This document shows positions 16,784-26,672 of a DNA stretch of 49,558 nucleotides, one piece after another. The DNA is taken from assembly GCA_050249295.1 (NCBI GenBank), contig JBFWQT010000003.1, forward strand, positions 1 to 49,558. The letters run 5' to 3'. The position numbers were made by a program, and so were the translations under genes. A model generated the notes under the pieces. The model searched no databases. It was not told the origin of the DNA and was given only the letters and a program-made list of their open reading frames with translations. The DNA comes from Planctomycetota bacterium (GTDB lineage Bacteria; Planctomycetota; UBA8742; SKZP01). Each line of letters begins with the position of its first letter. Positions within the stretch are counted from its first letter, which is position 1.

Positions 16784-17826
16784 GCGAGCGAGACGAACAG
16801 CTCGCGCCACTGCGGCAGGATCGCCGACCAGTCCTGCGTGGCCACGAAGGCCGACGCGTTGTCGATCAGCCGGCTGGCGAGTGCGGCGTCGTCGGCCAGT
16901 CGTGCCACCGCAGCCGCAAACGCGGCCGCGTCGTCCGGCGGGGCGAGCAGCGCGCGTTGCTCGTGCGGCGCGATATGGGGCACACCGCCGACGTCGGTGC
17001 TGACGACCGGCAGCCGACTGGACATCGCTTCGAGGACGCTCACCGGCGTGTTGTCCACCGACGTGGTGTTGATGAACACGCCGTGGTGTGCCGCCAGCGT
17101 GGCGGGCACCTCGTCGCGCGGGATCGCATCGTGCAGCGTCATCCGCTGGGTCACGCAGAGTTTGCTGGCGACATCGAGCACCCGCTGGCGCGAGCCGTCG
17201 CCCTTGTCGGGCCCGATCATCGTCAGTCGTGCCGTCGGGTGCGTGGCCGATAGCGCATGCAACACGCGGACGGCCATGTCCGGCTGGTAGATCGCATGGA
17301 ACGCGCGCAGCCAGAGCATGTGCGGTGCCGGCGGGAGCGGTCGGTCCGGCGCGGCGTAGCGGGCCACATCCAGCGGGTTGCCGATCACGCGGATGTCGGC
17401 ACGCAGATGCTGCAGCTGGTCGCGCAGCCAGGACGACGGGGAGACCACGACATCGGCGCGTTCAAGCGTGCGCTTGAGTCGGGCCGGCTGGCGTTGCGCT
17501 AGTTCCGGGAGGTTGCCGCCGTGCAGTACCAGCACAATCGGACAGCGGCGGTGCGCGAGCCGGGAGCAGAGCTCGGCGAAGCGGAACGCCGCACTGCTGA
17601 ACACGTCGATGCACACCGCACCCAGCGTGCCCCGTCTCCACCACACGCTGCCAGCCATGTGCAGCAGGCGGGCTGGCGGCCAACGCAAGGGCGAGACCGT
17701 GCGCACGGCCAGACCACCGGTTGAAAGCCGCGCTGCGATCTCGGCACTGATCTGCGGACGGCCGGCGCCGTGCAGGTAGTTGCCGACGAAGAGCACGCAT
17801 GGTGTCGACGCGTGCGGGCCGCTCAT
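16738..17826 (-). CDS. Glycosyltransferase family 4
   Basis: VLHGGNL, LRAFHAIYQP, INTTSVDNTPVSVLEAMSSRLPVVSTDVGGVP. Confidence 0.92.
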   Translation of the reverse strand: MSGPHASTPCVLFVGNYLHGAGRPQISAEIAARLSTGGLAVRTVSPLRWPPARLLHMAGSVWWRRGTLGAVCIDVFSSAAFRFAELCSRLAHRRCPIVLVLHGGNLPELAQRQPARLKRTLERADVVVSPSSWLRDQLQHLRADIRVIGNPLDVARYAAPDRPLPPAPHMLWLRAFHAIYQPDMAVRVLHALSATHPTARLTMIGPDKGDGSRQRVLDVASKLCVTQRMTLHDAIPRDEVPATLAAHHGVFINTTSVDNTPVSVLEAMSSRLPVVSTDVGGVPHIAPHEQRALLAPPDDAAAFAAAVARLADDAALASRLIDNASAFVATQDWSAILPQWRELFVSLAQSRSCSANTSAMNV

Positions 17827-19223
17827 GGCAACGCTCGTGCTTGCGCCGGGGCTCGCACAAGGACCGGCAGCGGTGGCGGCGTGTCACGCGCGGAGTCGTC
17901 GATGATGTTGATGTAGCCGATGCCGATGCACGCCGCCGGCACCACCATTCGCGTGGCGCTGGGCACCATGTAGGCCAGGCCGAAGGCCACGAGGCCGGCG
18001 ATCATGGCGCGTGCCGTCGGCGGTTGCGGCCGGGTGAGCGCGTGCAGGACGACGCCGGCGAGCATCATCAGCGACAGCATGCCGAACCAGCCGTGTTCGG
18101 CCACCATGCGCGTGTACTCGGTGTGTGCCGCGTAGCCCTTGAGGCTCTCGCCGGGACCGACGCCGAACAGGGGGTGGTCAAACCAGATGCGCAACTGCAT
18201 CCACGCCAGCTCGCTGCGATGCGAATCGTTGGTGTCGGTGAAGCGTGTCATGAACGCGCCGCCGGTGGCGTAATCCAGAGCTGGCACGACCACAACCGCG
18301 AGCGTGAGCACGGCCAGCAACAGGCCAACGACCAGGTTCATTCTGGCCCGTGGCGTGCGTGCCATGAATGCGAACGACGTACCGACGCTGAGTACCAGCA
18401 GGTAGAGACCGGTGCGCGAGAAGGTGATCAGGCACTGTGCGGTGAACAACAGAGCCGACGCGAAGAGCAGCCAGCGGTAGGCCCGCGCACGCGCCGGCGC
18501 AAGCAGGCACGCAAACCACGCAATCAGCGCGGCAAACGCCATCGCGGCCGACACCTGGTTGGGCCCGAATCCGCCGCTGGTTGCAAAGTTGGACTCGTTG
18601 GAGAACACAACCTGACTGAGCCCGCCGCGTCCCGCCAGCGTCCACACAATCTGGCCGATCATCGCGAAGGCGGGCAATGCGGCACCGGCGATCACCCGCT
18701 GGAAGCCGGCGTAGTCGGTCCGGCAATGTGAGCAGAGCCATGCCATGAAGAACAGCGCGGCCGGGCCGGCAAGACAGAACGTGGCAGTGCGCACGGCATC
18801 AAGGATGTCGCCATCGGCCATGGTGAGCACCACGGACGGCGTCAACAACGCCACATACAGCAGAGGCAGCACCGGCAGACGCGCATACCCGCGGCGCAGG
18901 ATGGCCACGACCGCGATCGCGATCAGCGCCAGCTTGCCGAACTCCCAACGGATCGGCACCTGGCACATGCGCCACAGGACCTCCGAACCGGTGATGTAGA
19001 AGCACACCGCGATCACGCGAGACGGATGAATCCGCGTCAGGCCGAGGTACAGCGCGAACGTCAGGGCGCACCAGGCGTGCACCTGGCCGATGACCGGCAA
19101 GCGGTGCATGGCAACGCCCAGCACCACATGGAACGCCGCGAGGATCACGAACCACGTCCCGGGGCTCAGGCGCGCGCCGGAGCTCTGGGGCAGGAATTCG
19201 ACAGTCGCGTCGCGGGTGTACAC
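17823..19223 (-). CDS. O-antigen ligase / Wzy polymerase family protein
   Basis: Many TMs, GGFGPNQVS, TFSRTG, HPLFGVGPG, AHTEYTRMVAEHG. Confidence 0.88.
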   Translation of the reverse strand: MYTRDATVEFLPQSSGARLSPGTWFVILAAFHVVLGVAMHRLPVIGQVHAWCALTFALYLGLTRIHPSRVIAVCFYITGSEVLWRMCQVPIRWEFGKLALIAIAVVAILRRGYARLPVLPLLYVALLTPSVVLTMADGDILDAVRTATFCLAGPAALFFMAWLCSHCRTDYAGFQRVIAGAALPAFAMIGQIVWTLAGRGGLSQVVFSNESNFATSGGFGPNQVSAAMAFAALIAWFACLLAPARARAYRWLLFASALLFTAQCLITFSRTGLYLLVLSVGTSFAFMARTPRARMNLVVGLLLAVLTLAVVVVPALDYATGGAFMTRFTDTNDSHRSELAWMQLRIWFDHPLFGVGPGESLKGYAAHTEYTRMVAEHGWFGMLSLMMLAGVVLHALTRPQPPTARAMIAGLVAFGLAYMVPSATRMVVPAACIGIGYINIIDDSARDTPPPLPVLVRAPAQARALP

Positions 19224-19314
19224 AGTTCAGCCGGTCAGGGTCGTCGAGGACGCGCACTCATTTGTAGCGATGCGCTGTCGCGCTGTCACCGCACGATCGT
19301 CGTCGTGCACCACA

Positions 19315-21303
19315 CTACGACGCGCTGAAGCGCTCGCTGTCGGTGGCGGACATCGCGACCACGCCGCTGCCCGATCCGCTGGCGTCGGCCGGGATGTTGG
19401 CATCCGAGCCCGACGACGACTCGATCAGCGGCTGGTCGGCGTCATGCACGGCATTCACCTGTGGCGCCGGCGGCAACACCGACAGGGCCGGTAGCGAGTC
19501 GCCGGACGCTGTGGCGAACAACTCGTCCGCGCGCGGCAACTCGCGCAGCGGCACGCCGCGCTCGCGGCACACTGTCTCGACATCATCGAACTGGCCGGCC
19601 GACAGCTCGGTCCGGTTGACCAGCACCAGGCGAATCGGCCGCGAATCGAGCAAGCCACCAAGGTCGGCAACGCGGCCGACCACCGGCACATGATTGATCG
19701 TCTGCGATTGCGGCGTGTGAGTGGCGCACACCAGCCCGGCCAGCAGCGGGCGCTGATCGGGCGGCAGATGATCAATCCAGGTCAGCCAGTGTTCGGTGTC
19801 GGCACCGATGCCGACCATCAGCGCGCGCCCTTCGGCGGCGTCCGCGCCGCGGCGCACGTCGCTGCCAAGGCGCTGTGCAAGCCGGTTGGCGGCCACCGTC
19901 AGCAGCATCGTCGTGCCGAGTTCGAGCAGCAGCACGCCCGGGGTCAGCAAGCCGGTCGAATTCAGGTTGTCGACGGCCGCCAGCAGCAGCGATCCGATCG
20001 CTGCGGCGCGGAGCATGCCGGGCACGTCATAAACGAGGAAGCTCCAGCCGGGCGACGTCCGCGACACACCGTGGCGCAGGTAGAGGTAGCCGCGAGTCAC
20101 CGCGGTCGCGCCCAGCAGCGTGATCATCGGCACGCTGAACCGCGCGCCGGCAAACAGCCACAGCAGCGCCACGCTGGCAAACGCGAACGTCGACACGAGG
20201 CCCATCGACACGGGCAGGCGCATCCGCCGCACCGAGCGCGACCGCACCTGCAGCAACTGCTGGATCACGTGCGCCTTGCCCATCATCAGCATCGTCAGCA
20301 TCAGCGCATCCATCAGGATCACGGTGCGCGGAATGCTGAAGCCGGTCAGCGAGCGAACCAGCGGATGCGCCAGCAACAGCAGGACGGAGCCGAACAGCAC
20401 CGTCTGCGCGATACGGATCAGGTCGGCGTAGGTCAGCGTCGACGGTCGCCGCCGATACGTGCCGGCCGCCAGGAACACCGCTCCGCGCAGCATCACGACG
20501 GCGATCACGCCACCGGCCAGGCCCGCTTCGGTGGTGAGCCCCTCTTCCAGGCGGAACAGGCAGGCCACGGCGAAGCTGGCGCCGGCCACCACCAGGTCGC
20601 TGAGCAGCATACCCAGCGGCGTGAGGTGTCGTCGCAGACCCTTGCCCGTGACCGCGCCGAACACCGACACCAGCACGCACCCGAACAACAGGCGGAGGTC
20701 GGCGACAAGACCGGCCCGGCTGACGTAGTCCATGTCGGACTCGAGTTTGGCCGGCAGGATCTCGTGGCGATACCACGCCTCGATGTCGTCACACTGCGTC
20801 GGGTAGAGCTCCGATTCGTTGCGGTAGCGCATCTGCGTCAGGCCGAAGATGCCGGGCGGCACCTGCAGCACGCGTTGCCAGCGCGGGTCCGCCATGTTCA
20901 CGAACCGCTCGACCTCGGGCCGCGGACCGATCAGGCTCATGTCGCCGCGCAGCACGTTGAACAACTGCGGCAACTCGTCGAGCTTGGTGCGCTCCAGCCA
21001 GCGTCCGACGCGCGTCAGTCGCGGATCAAACCGGCGCGTGAGCATCGGTCCCTGGGCCCGCATGACGACCGGCATCTTGCGGAACTTGAGCATCAGGAAC
21101 GGCCGGCCGCCCTTTCCCACACGCGTCTGGCGGAAGAAGACCGGGCCCGGATCGTCGAGCTTGATTGCCAATGCAATCAGGGCGATCACTGGCGCGGCAG
21201 GGACCAGCAGCAGCAACGCACCGGCGATGTCGAACAGGCGCTTGAACACAGATGTTGCCGGAGGGTGAGCGACCGAGGCGGGACGTCCCGGAGCGCGGGA
21301 CAC
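19315..21303 (-). CDS. Sugar transferase (PglC/WcaJ-type phosphoglycosyl transferase domain) fused to a C-terminal TM + Rossmann-like region
   Basis: KRLFDI, GPVFFRQTRVG, LKFRKM, DPRLTRVGRWL…KLDELPQLFNVLRGDMSLIGPRPE; later IPRTVILMD and RALMVGIG…VPVVGRVADL. Confidence 0.88.
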   Translation of the reverse strand: MSRAPGRPASVAHPPATSVFKRLFDIAGALLLLVPAAPVIALIALAIKLDDPGPVFFRQTRVGKGGRPFLMLKFRKMPVVMRAQGPMLTRRFDPRLTRVGRWLERTKLDELPQLFNVLRGDMSLIGPRPEVERFVNMADPRWQRVLQVPPGIFGLTQMRYRNESELYPTQCDDIEAWYRHEILPAKLESDMDYVSRAGLVADLRLLFGCVLVSVFGAVTGKGLRRHLTPLGMLLSDLVVAGASFAVACLFRLEEGLTTEAGLAGGVIAVVMLRGAVFLAAGTYRRRPSTLTYADLIRIAQTVLFGSVLLLLAHPLVRSLTGFSIPRTVILMDALMLTMLMMGKAHVIQQLLQVRSRSVRRMRLPVSMGLVSTFAFASVALLWLFAGARFSVPMITLLGATAVTRGYLYLRHGVSRTSPGWSFLVYDVPGMLRAAAIGSLLLAAVDNLNSTGLLTPGVLLLELGTTMLLTVAANRLAQRLGSDVRRGADAAEGRALMVGIGADTEHWLTWIDHLPPDQRPLLAGLVCATHTPQSQTINHVPVVGRVADLGGLLDSRPIRLVLVNRTELSAGQFDDVETVCRERGVPLRELPRADELFATASGDSLPALSVLPPAPQVNAVHDADQPLIESSSGSDANIPADASGSGSGVVAMSATDSERFSAS

Positions 21304-21382
21304 ACAAGCTACGTGCTGGGATGCTTGTTGGCAACAATCCCGGCCTTCGCCGGTCGCCTGTCAGACGGTTCACCCGCGCGGC

Positions 21383-23443
21383 TCATTCGGGCGGTACGGT
21401 GCCGCCCAGCTTGCGCACTTCGCCGGCCAGCGCGCGCCGTGTGTCGCGGTCCGGGCACAGCCGCCAGGCGCGGATCATGCTTTCGACCGCCCGGTCCGGG
21501 CTGCCAGTGTTGCTCTGCGCGCCCGCAAGGTTGGCCCAGGCCTGCCAGAGGTTGGGGTTGGCCTCGGTCGCACGGGTCGCGTCCTGCAGCGCACCGTGGA
21601 AGTCGCGCGCCTTGAACCGCAGGCTCGCGCGGTTGACCCACGCCTCTGCATGATCCGGCTTGAGCCGCACCACCGACGAGTAGTCGGCGATCGCCATCTC
21701 GTTGTCGCCGTTGTCCATGTACGCGTTGCCACGCTGGAACAGCGCCGACCAGTCGCCGCCATGATCGGCGAGGTACTCGTTGAGCGTTGCCAATTGCTGA
21801 TCGCGCCGGCCGAGAATTCGCAGGCAGTTGGCCTTGTTCAGCCAGGCAGCGCGCAGGCCGGGGTCCATGCGGATCGCGCGGTCGTACCAGCGCAGCGCCT
21901 CGTCATGCTGACCGAGTCCCATCGTGTAGAGCAGACCGATGCAATGCAGATCCTCGGCGGTGTGCAACGTCCGGCCGAGTTGCTCGCTGCTTTCGACCAC
22001 CGCTGTGATCTCGTGGATGTACTCCTGGATGCGCTCGCCGCCGAGCGAGTCCACGAACTGCTGATCCGACTCGCCTCGCCGGCGCGCATCGGCCCACGCC
22101 TTCTGGAACTCGTCGCGCGCCCGCTGTCCGGCCACCTGCACCTTGCCACCCAGGCGCTCGGCCAGCTCGGCGAGCTGACCCTCGCGGGCGAGGTGCTCGT
22201 ACTCGGCGATCCTGGCCTGCTGTTCGGCCAGCTCGCGCTGACGCTCCGACTCCTCACGCTGCCGGTCGGATTCGGTGCGCTGGCGTTCCGACTCGGCGGT
22301 GGCCAGGTGCGCACTCTCCATCGCGCGCAGTGCGAACACGAGCACGAGCGCCACCATCAGGACGCAGATGGTGGCCACGCCGCTGCCCATTGCCCAGCCG
22401 GGATTGCGGCGCGCCCACTTGGCGACGCGCATCGGCAGGCCGTCTTTCCAGGCGATGCCGGAACGCGTGCCGAGGAACGCGTCGATGTCCTGCGCCATCT
22501 GCTCGACATGCTGGTAGCGGTCAGCCGGGTCGGGGGCCATCGCCATGCGCACGATCGCGTCGAGCTCGCGCGGGATGTTCAGGCCGGGCGCGCGACGGCG
22601 CGGTGGCAGTGCGCGGCTACGACGCGCGGCCTCGATCACCTCGTCGCTCGTGCGCGCGGCCCACGGTGGCGACAGCGTCAGCACCTCGTACAGCGTGGCT
22701 CCCAGCGCGAAGATGTCGGTGCGCTCGTCGAGCAACTCGACCTCGCCGAGTGCCTGCTCGGGCGACATGTAGAGCGGCGTGCCGATCACATCGCCGTGGC
22801 GCGTGAGGTTGCTGCCGCGGCTGGCACGCACCGTGGTCGACACCGGCGACGGCGGGCGGTCGGGCCGGTTGATCGGCCGTGCCAGACCCCAGTCCATCAC
22901 CAGTACCTCGCCGAACGGCCCGACCATCACGTTGTCCGGCTTGAGATCGCGATGGATCACGCCGCGGCTGTGCGCGTAGGCGATCGCATCGCAGACCTTG
23001 CGGATCGTGGGCAGGCGGCCGTCCTCGATCAGGTCGCCGAGTGTGCTGCGCCGCCGCTGCTTCTTTGCGCGCGATATGATCTCGCCGAGCGTCTCGCCGC
23101 TGACGAGCTTCATCGTCATGTACGGCCGGGCGCGATCGTCCTCGCCGAGCTCGTGCACCGGCACGATGTTCGGATGCTCGAGCTGTCCGGCAATCTGCGC
23201 CTCTTCGACGAAGCTCTCGACGGCCGCTCGATCGGCCGTGTCGCGCAACAGCTTCACGGCCGTCATGCGGCGCAGCGACGCGTCATGCGCCGCGTACACC
23301 ACGCCGAACGCGCCGGTGCCGAGCCGGTGCTGCAACTCGTAGCGACGGAACCCGACCGGCACGCGCGGGATCGAACGCTCACCACTCGCTCGCGGGGAGC
23401 GGGGCGAATCGTCGGCGTTACGGTAGGTCGGCGGAGGTTGCAT
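21383..23443 (-). CDS. Hanks-type Ser/Thr kinase, TM, coiled coil and TPR repeats
   Basis: LGTGAFG, AVKLL, HRDLKPDN, DWG, GTPLYMSPEQ, DIFALG; TM; C-terminal TPRs (AWLNKANCL, ALFQRGNAY, AWVNRASL). Confidence 0.95.
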   Translation of the reverse strand: MQPPPTYRNADDSPRSPRASGERSIPRVPVGFRRYELQHRLGTGAFGVVYAAHDASLRRMTAVKLLRDTADRAAVESFVEEAQIAGQLEHPNIVPVHELGEDDRARPYMTMKLVSGETLGEIISRAKKQRRRSTLGDLIEDGRLPTIRKVCDAIAYAHSRGVIHRDLKPDNVMVGPFGEVLVMDWGLARPINRPDRPPSPVSTTVRASRGSNLTRHGDVIGTPLYMSPEQALGEVELLDERTDIFALGATLYEVLTLSPPWAARTSDEVIEAARRSRALPPRRRAPGLNIPRELDAIVRMAMAPDPADRYQHVEQMAQDIDAFLGTRSGIAWKDGLPMRVAKWARRNPGWAMGSGVATICVLMVALVLVFALRAMESAHLATAESERQRTESDRQREESERQRELAEQQARIAEYEHLAREGQLAELAERLGGKVQVAGQRARDEFQKAWADARRRGESDQQFVDSLGGERIQEYIHEITAVVESSEQLGRTLHTAEDLHCIGLLYTMGLGQHDEALRWYDRAIRMDPGLRAAWLNKANCLRILGRRDQQLATLNEYLADHGGDWSALFQRGNAYMDNGDNEMAIADYSSVVRLKPDHAEAWVNRASLRFKARDFHGALQDATRATEANPNLWQAWANLAGAQSNTGSPDRAVESMIRAWRLCPDRDTRRALAGEVRKLGGTVPPE

Positions 23444-23530
23444 CGGGACGGGGGATGCGCGGGAATCCGCCTATGGTGGTACCCGGTGCCGGATTGGCGC
23501 AAGGGCATTGTCGCAGGGGCATACACCCGG

Positions 23531-24226
23531 CTACGCGAGTTCCGCGCTGTCTGCGTTGCGGAACGCCAGGCGGCAACGGCAGCGCGCCCACCAACGATCG
23601 TGGAACTCGTCGCGCATCGCCTCCGGCGCGATCTCCCATGCACGCCGCCGCCGGACATGCCTCACGCGATCGGTCAGCCACGCCTGGAACGCCTCGTCGA
23701 CGGCGGCCGCGGCGAGCGCGTCGGTGGCCTGATCGGAGCGCATGCCGCTCTGCAGGAACAGGTTCTTGTTGGCCGACGAGTAGGCGGACGCCGCGGCGGC
23801 TGCCACAAGGGATGCGGCCCGCGCATCGGCCGCGATCGCCTGGTTGCGCGCCGCCAGCACGCTCTGCTTCAGGCCGAGGCTCCAGTCGATGCCGCCGGTC
23901 AGCACCTCCCATGTCTGCTTCACGGCCCGCCGTGGCGCGGAAGTGGTCGCCTGCTGGTTGTCGTTCATCCAGCGATCCCAGACCGCCAGCACCATCTCGA
24001 CGCTGGTCAGCGCGCACACCACCTGCTGGGCGTGTCGCAGGCGCTGCAACAGCGAGCGAACCTGCGGGTAGCTGGTGCCCAGTGTGCCGCCCGGCGTCGG
24101 CCACTCGGGGTCGTCGGGCACATCGTGCGGATGCAGTTCATCAAGCATGTCGGGTTCGGCCAGGAACACCGACGGCGGCCGGTCGAGCCACTCGCGGAAC
24201 ATGCAGTAGTCGTCCGGCGTCATCAT
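23531..24226 (-). CDS. Hypothetical protein (weak resemblance to Imm5-like immunity folds)
   Basis: Starts 4 nt after the cysC stop; CALTSVEMVLAVW…APRRAV…AAR pattern followed by Ala-rich helices. Confidence 0.55.
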   Translation of the reverse strand: MMTPDDYCMFREWLDRPPSVFLAEPDMLDELHPHDVPDDPEWPTPGGTLGTSYPQVRSLLQRLRHAQQVVCALTSVEMVLAVWDRWMNDNQQATTSAPRRAVKQTWEVLTGGIDWSLGLKQSVLAARNQAIAADARAASLVAAAAASAYSSANKNLFLQSGMRSDQATDALAAAAVDEAFQAWLTDRVRHVRRRRAWEIAPEAMRDEFHDRWWARCRCRLAFRNADSAELA

Positions 24227-24230
24227 CGGA

Positions 24231-24854
24231 TCAGCCGGCGCTGCCGAGTGCGCCGCGCTCACGGAGATGATCGAGTACCCGCGCCACGCAGGCATCCAGG
24301 GGCATGGCACCGGTGTTGACCCGCACGTCGGGCTGCTCCGGCGCCTCGTACGGCGCCGAGGCCGACACGCCGGTGAAATCGGCGATCTCGCCGGCGCGGG
24401 CCTTCGCATACAGGCCCTTGGGGTCGCGCTGCTCGCAGACCGCGAGCGCCGCGTCGACGTGCACCTCCACGAACGACGCCGCACCCACGCGCTCGCGCAC
24501 AGACGCGCGATCGGACCGGTAGGGCGAGATGAACGCGACCAGCACCAGCAGACCGGCGTCGGCGAACAGCGCCGCCACCTCGCCGATGCGACGGATGTTC
24601 TCGACACGATCGGTGGGTGAGAAGCCGAGGTCGGCGTTCAGGCCGTGGCGGATGTTGTCGCCGTCGAGCACGTACGCGAGGCGGCCGTCGTGAGTCAGCC
24701 GCTCTTCGAGCGCGCGGGCGAGCGTGGACTTGCCGGACCCGGACAGGCCCGTAAGCCACACGACCGTGCCGCGCTGGCCGAGCAATTGCTCGCGATGGTC
24801 GCGGCGGACCGTGCCGTCATGCCAGGTGAGGTTGGAATCGCGGGCAGCGGTCAC
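24231..24854 (-). CDS. cysC: Adenylyl-sulfate (APS) kinase
   Basis: [61 protein letters not shown]. Confidence 0.96.
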   Translation of the reverse strand: MTAARDSNLTWHDGTVRRDHREQLLGQRGTVVWLTGLSGSGKSTLARALEERLTHDGRLAYVLDGDNIRHGLNADLGFSPTDRVENIRRIGEVAALFADAGLLVLVAFISPYRSDRASVRERVGAASFVEVHVDAALAVCEQRDPKGLYAKARAGEIADFTGVSASAPYEAPEQPDVRVNTGAMPLDACVARVLDHLRERGALGSAG

Positions 24855-24905
24855 GGGGTGAAGCGCGTGGGCAAGGGTGAGCAGTCTGCCGGAGTGTACG
24901 TTGAG

Positions 24906-26102
24906 TCAGCGCGGAATCGCCACCGTGGCCTCGCCGACCAGTTCGCCCTCGTCGCGCGGCCAGAGCATGTAGCGCAACTCGATGTGGGCGGAGCTCGCGT
25001 TGCCCCACGTGGTGGCGTCGGCGAAAGCGAACGTGAACTCCTGGCTGGCGCCATGCGGGATCTGCAGGCCATCGGTGCCGGCCCAACGACTGGGCTTCTG
25101 CATCGTGTAGTCGCGGCGCGCGATCGCGGTGCCCGTAGCGTCGTGCAGTGTGACCACCAGGCGAATGCGGCGAATGCGGTAGCCGGTGGGCAGCCGATGG
25201 CCGGTGCCGCGATTCTCCAGCGTGACGACCACGCTCTGCGCCGGCGCGTCGGTCTGCGCGCTCAGCCCGATCGCGGCACGCACGAACGCGGCATCGTGAC
25301 CGCCGGGCATCACGTGTGCCCGATGTCGACCGGCGCCACCCGCGGGTCCGCCGTCGGCCCACGGCATGTGACAGTCCGCGCAGGTCTGGTCGGTCAGCGC
25401 GTCGGCCGCCCACTCGTCGAACGAGTGCTTTGTGCCGGGCAGATACGACTGATGGCAGTTGGCGCACGCGGCCGAGGTGGCGAGTCGCGGCTGCACGAGC
25501 GGCGCGCACCCGGCCGTGTCACGCGAACTGCTGCGCCCGGCGCCGACGATCCGCCCGTTGCGCACGTGGCACGCCGCGCAATCGACACCATCGGATTCGC
25601 GCCCGTCACGCGGCCACGGAAGGGCCACCGCCGTCCGGGCGTCGGTCGTCTCGTCGGGCAACTCGAGGATCGGCGACGGCCGGTGACACGCCACGCATTC
25701 GGGCGCGGCCGGGTCGGATCGGATGAAGATGCTCAGCGTGCGCAGCGCGTCGTCGGTGCGCGACGTGCGATGCTGCGAGGCGAGCCACTCGGTGTGGATG
25801 GCGGCGTGACACGGCGCGCAGGTCGTCGGGTCATCGAGTGCGATGCCGCTTGCGTGAACAGGACGCGTCTGATTGGTCCGGCCGCCGCCACCCGCGGGCG
25901 GCGTCACCGGCGTGGCGCCGGGTGTGGTGAGCGACGAGATCGCGAGCACCGCCACCAGGCCGACCAGCAATGCGCCGGACACGAACGCGATGATCATCCG
26001 CCGCGAGACGAACGCGTCGTCGCCCGGCTCGAACGCGCCGGCCGCGCCGGCCGGGACGTGGGGTGCAGGGTGGTGTGGGTGGGTTCCGTCGGTGAGCGTC
26101 AC
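24906..26102 (-). CDS. Membrane-anchored pentaheme c-type cytochrome (c554/c552-like)
   Basis: Five CxxCH motifs (CAPCH, CVACH, CAACH, CANCH, CADCH), N-terminal TM, GHRLPTG motif; GTG start overlaps the upstream stop. Confidence 0.88.
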   Translation of the reverse strand: MTLTDGTHPHHPAPHVPAGAAGAFEPGDDAFVSRRMIIAFVSGALLVGLVAVLAISSLTTPGATPVTPPAGGGGRTNQTRPVHASGIALDDPTTCAPCHAAIHTEWLASQHRTSRTDDALRTLSIFIRSDPAAPECVACHRPSPILELPDETTDARTAVALPWPRDGRESDGVDCAACHVRNGRIVGAGRSSSRDTAGCAPLVQPRLATSAACANCHQSYLPGTKHSFDEWAADALTDQTCADCHMPWADGGPAGGAGRHRAHVMPGGHDAAFVRAAIGLSAQTDAPAQSVVVTLENRGTGHRLPTGYRIRRIRLVVTLHDATGTAIARRDYTMQKPSRWAGTDGLQIPHGASQEFTFAFADATTWGNASSAHIELRYMLWPRDEGELVGEATVAIPR

Positions 26103-26656
26103 TTGACGTGCTTCAGCGCCTGCTTGAACGCGGGCGTCCCGGCGCGGCGCAGCCACTGGTAGATCACCATCTCCCGCGTATCGAACGGGATGCCGTAGCG
26201 CTGCATGCGTTCCACGCCGAAGCGACGGCCGTCCTCGTTGCGCGCCGAGATTGCGTCGGGCACGACATGTACATCGTACCCGGCTGCGGCCGCCTCGAGC
26301 GCGGTCTGGCAGACACAGATGTGGCTTTCGATGCCGACCAGCACCGGCGTGTGCCGGTTGGTGGCGGCGAGGGCATGGCGGAACGTCTCGTCGCCCCATG
26401 CCGAGAACGACATCTTGTCGAGCGGACGGTACGCGTCACCGAGCGCCTCGACGAGCGGCGGAATGGTCGTGCCAAGCCCGGATGGGTACTGCTCGGTGAC
26501 AAGGATCGGCACCGCAAGGTCGCGCGCCACAGCGATGAGCCGCCGCTGCGCGTCGATGACCGCTTCGTGATCGATGATCAACGGAACCAGCGACGGCTGC
26601 ATGTCGATCAGCACCAGCACCGAATCGGAAACGTCAATCAACGGCGATGCAGCCAT
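26099..26656 (-). CDS. Isochorismatase-family (YcaC-like) cysteine hydrolase
   Basis: LVLIDMQ, TEQYPSGLGTT, KMSFS, GIESHICVCQT. Confidence 0.93.
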   Translation of the reverse strand: MAASPLIDVSDSVLVLIDMQPSLVPLIIDHEAVIDAQRRLIAVARDLAVPILVTEQYPSGLGTTIPPLVEALGDAYRPLDKMSFSAWGDETFRHALAATNRHTPVLVGIESHICVCQTALEAAAAGYDVHVVPDAISARNEDGRRFGVERMQRYGIPFDTREMVIYQWLRRAGTPAFKQALKHVK

Positions 26657-26672
26657 GGAATCGTCAACTCAC

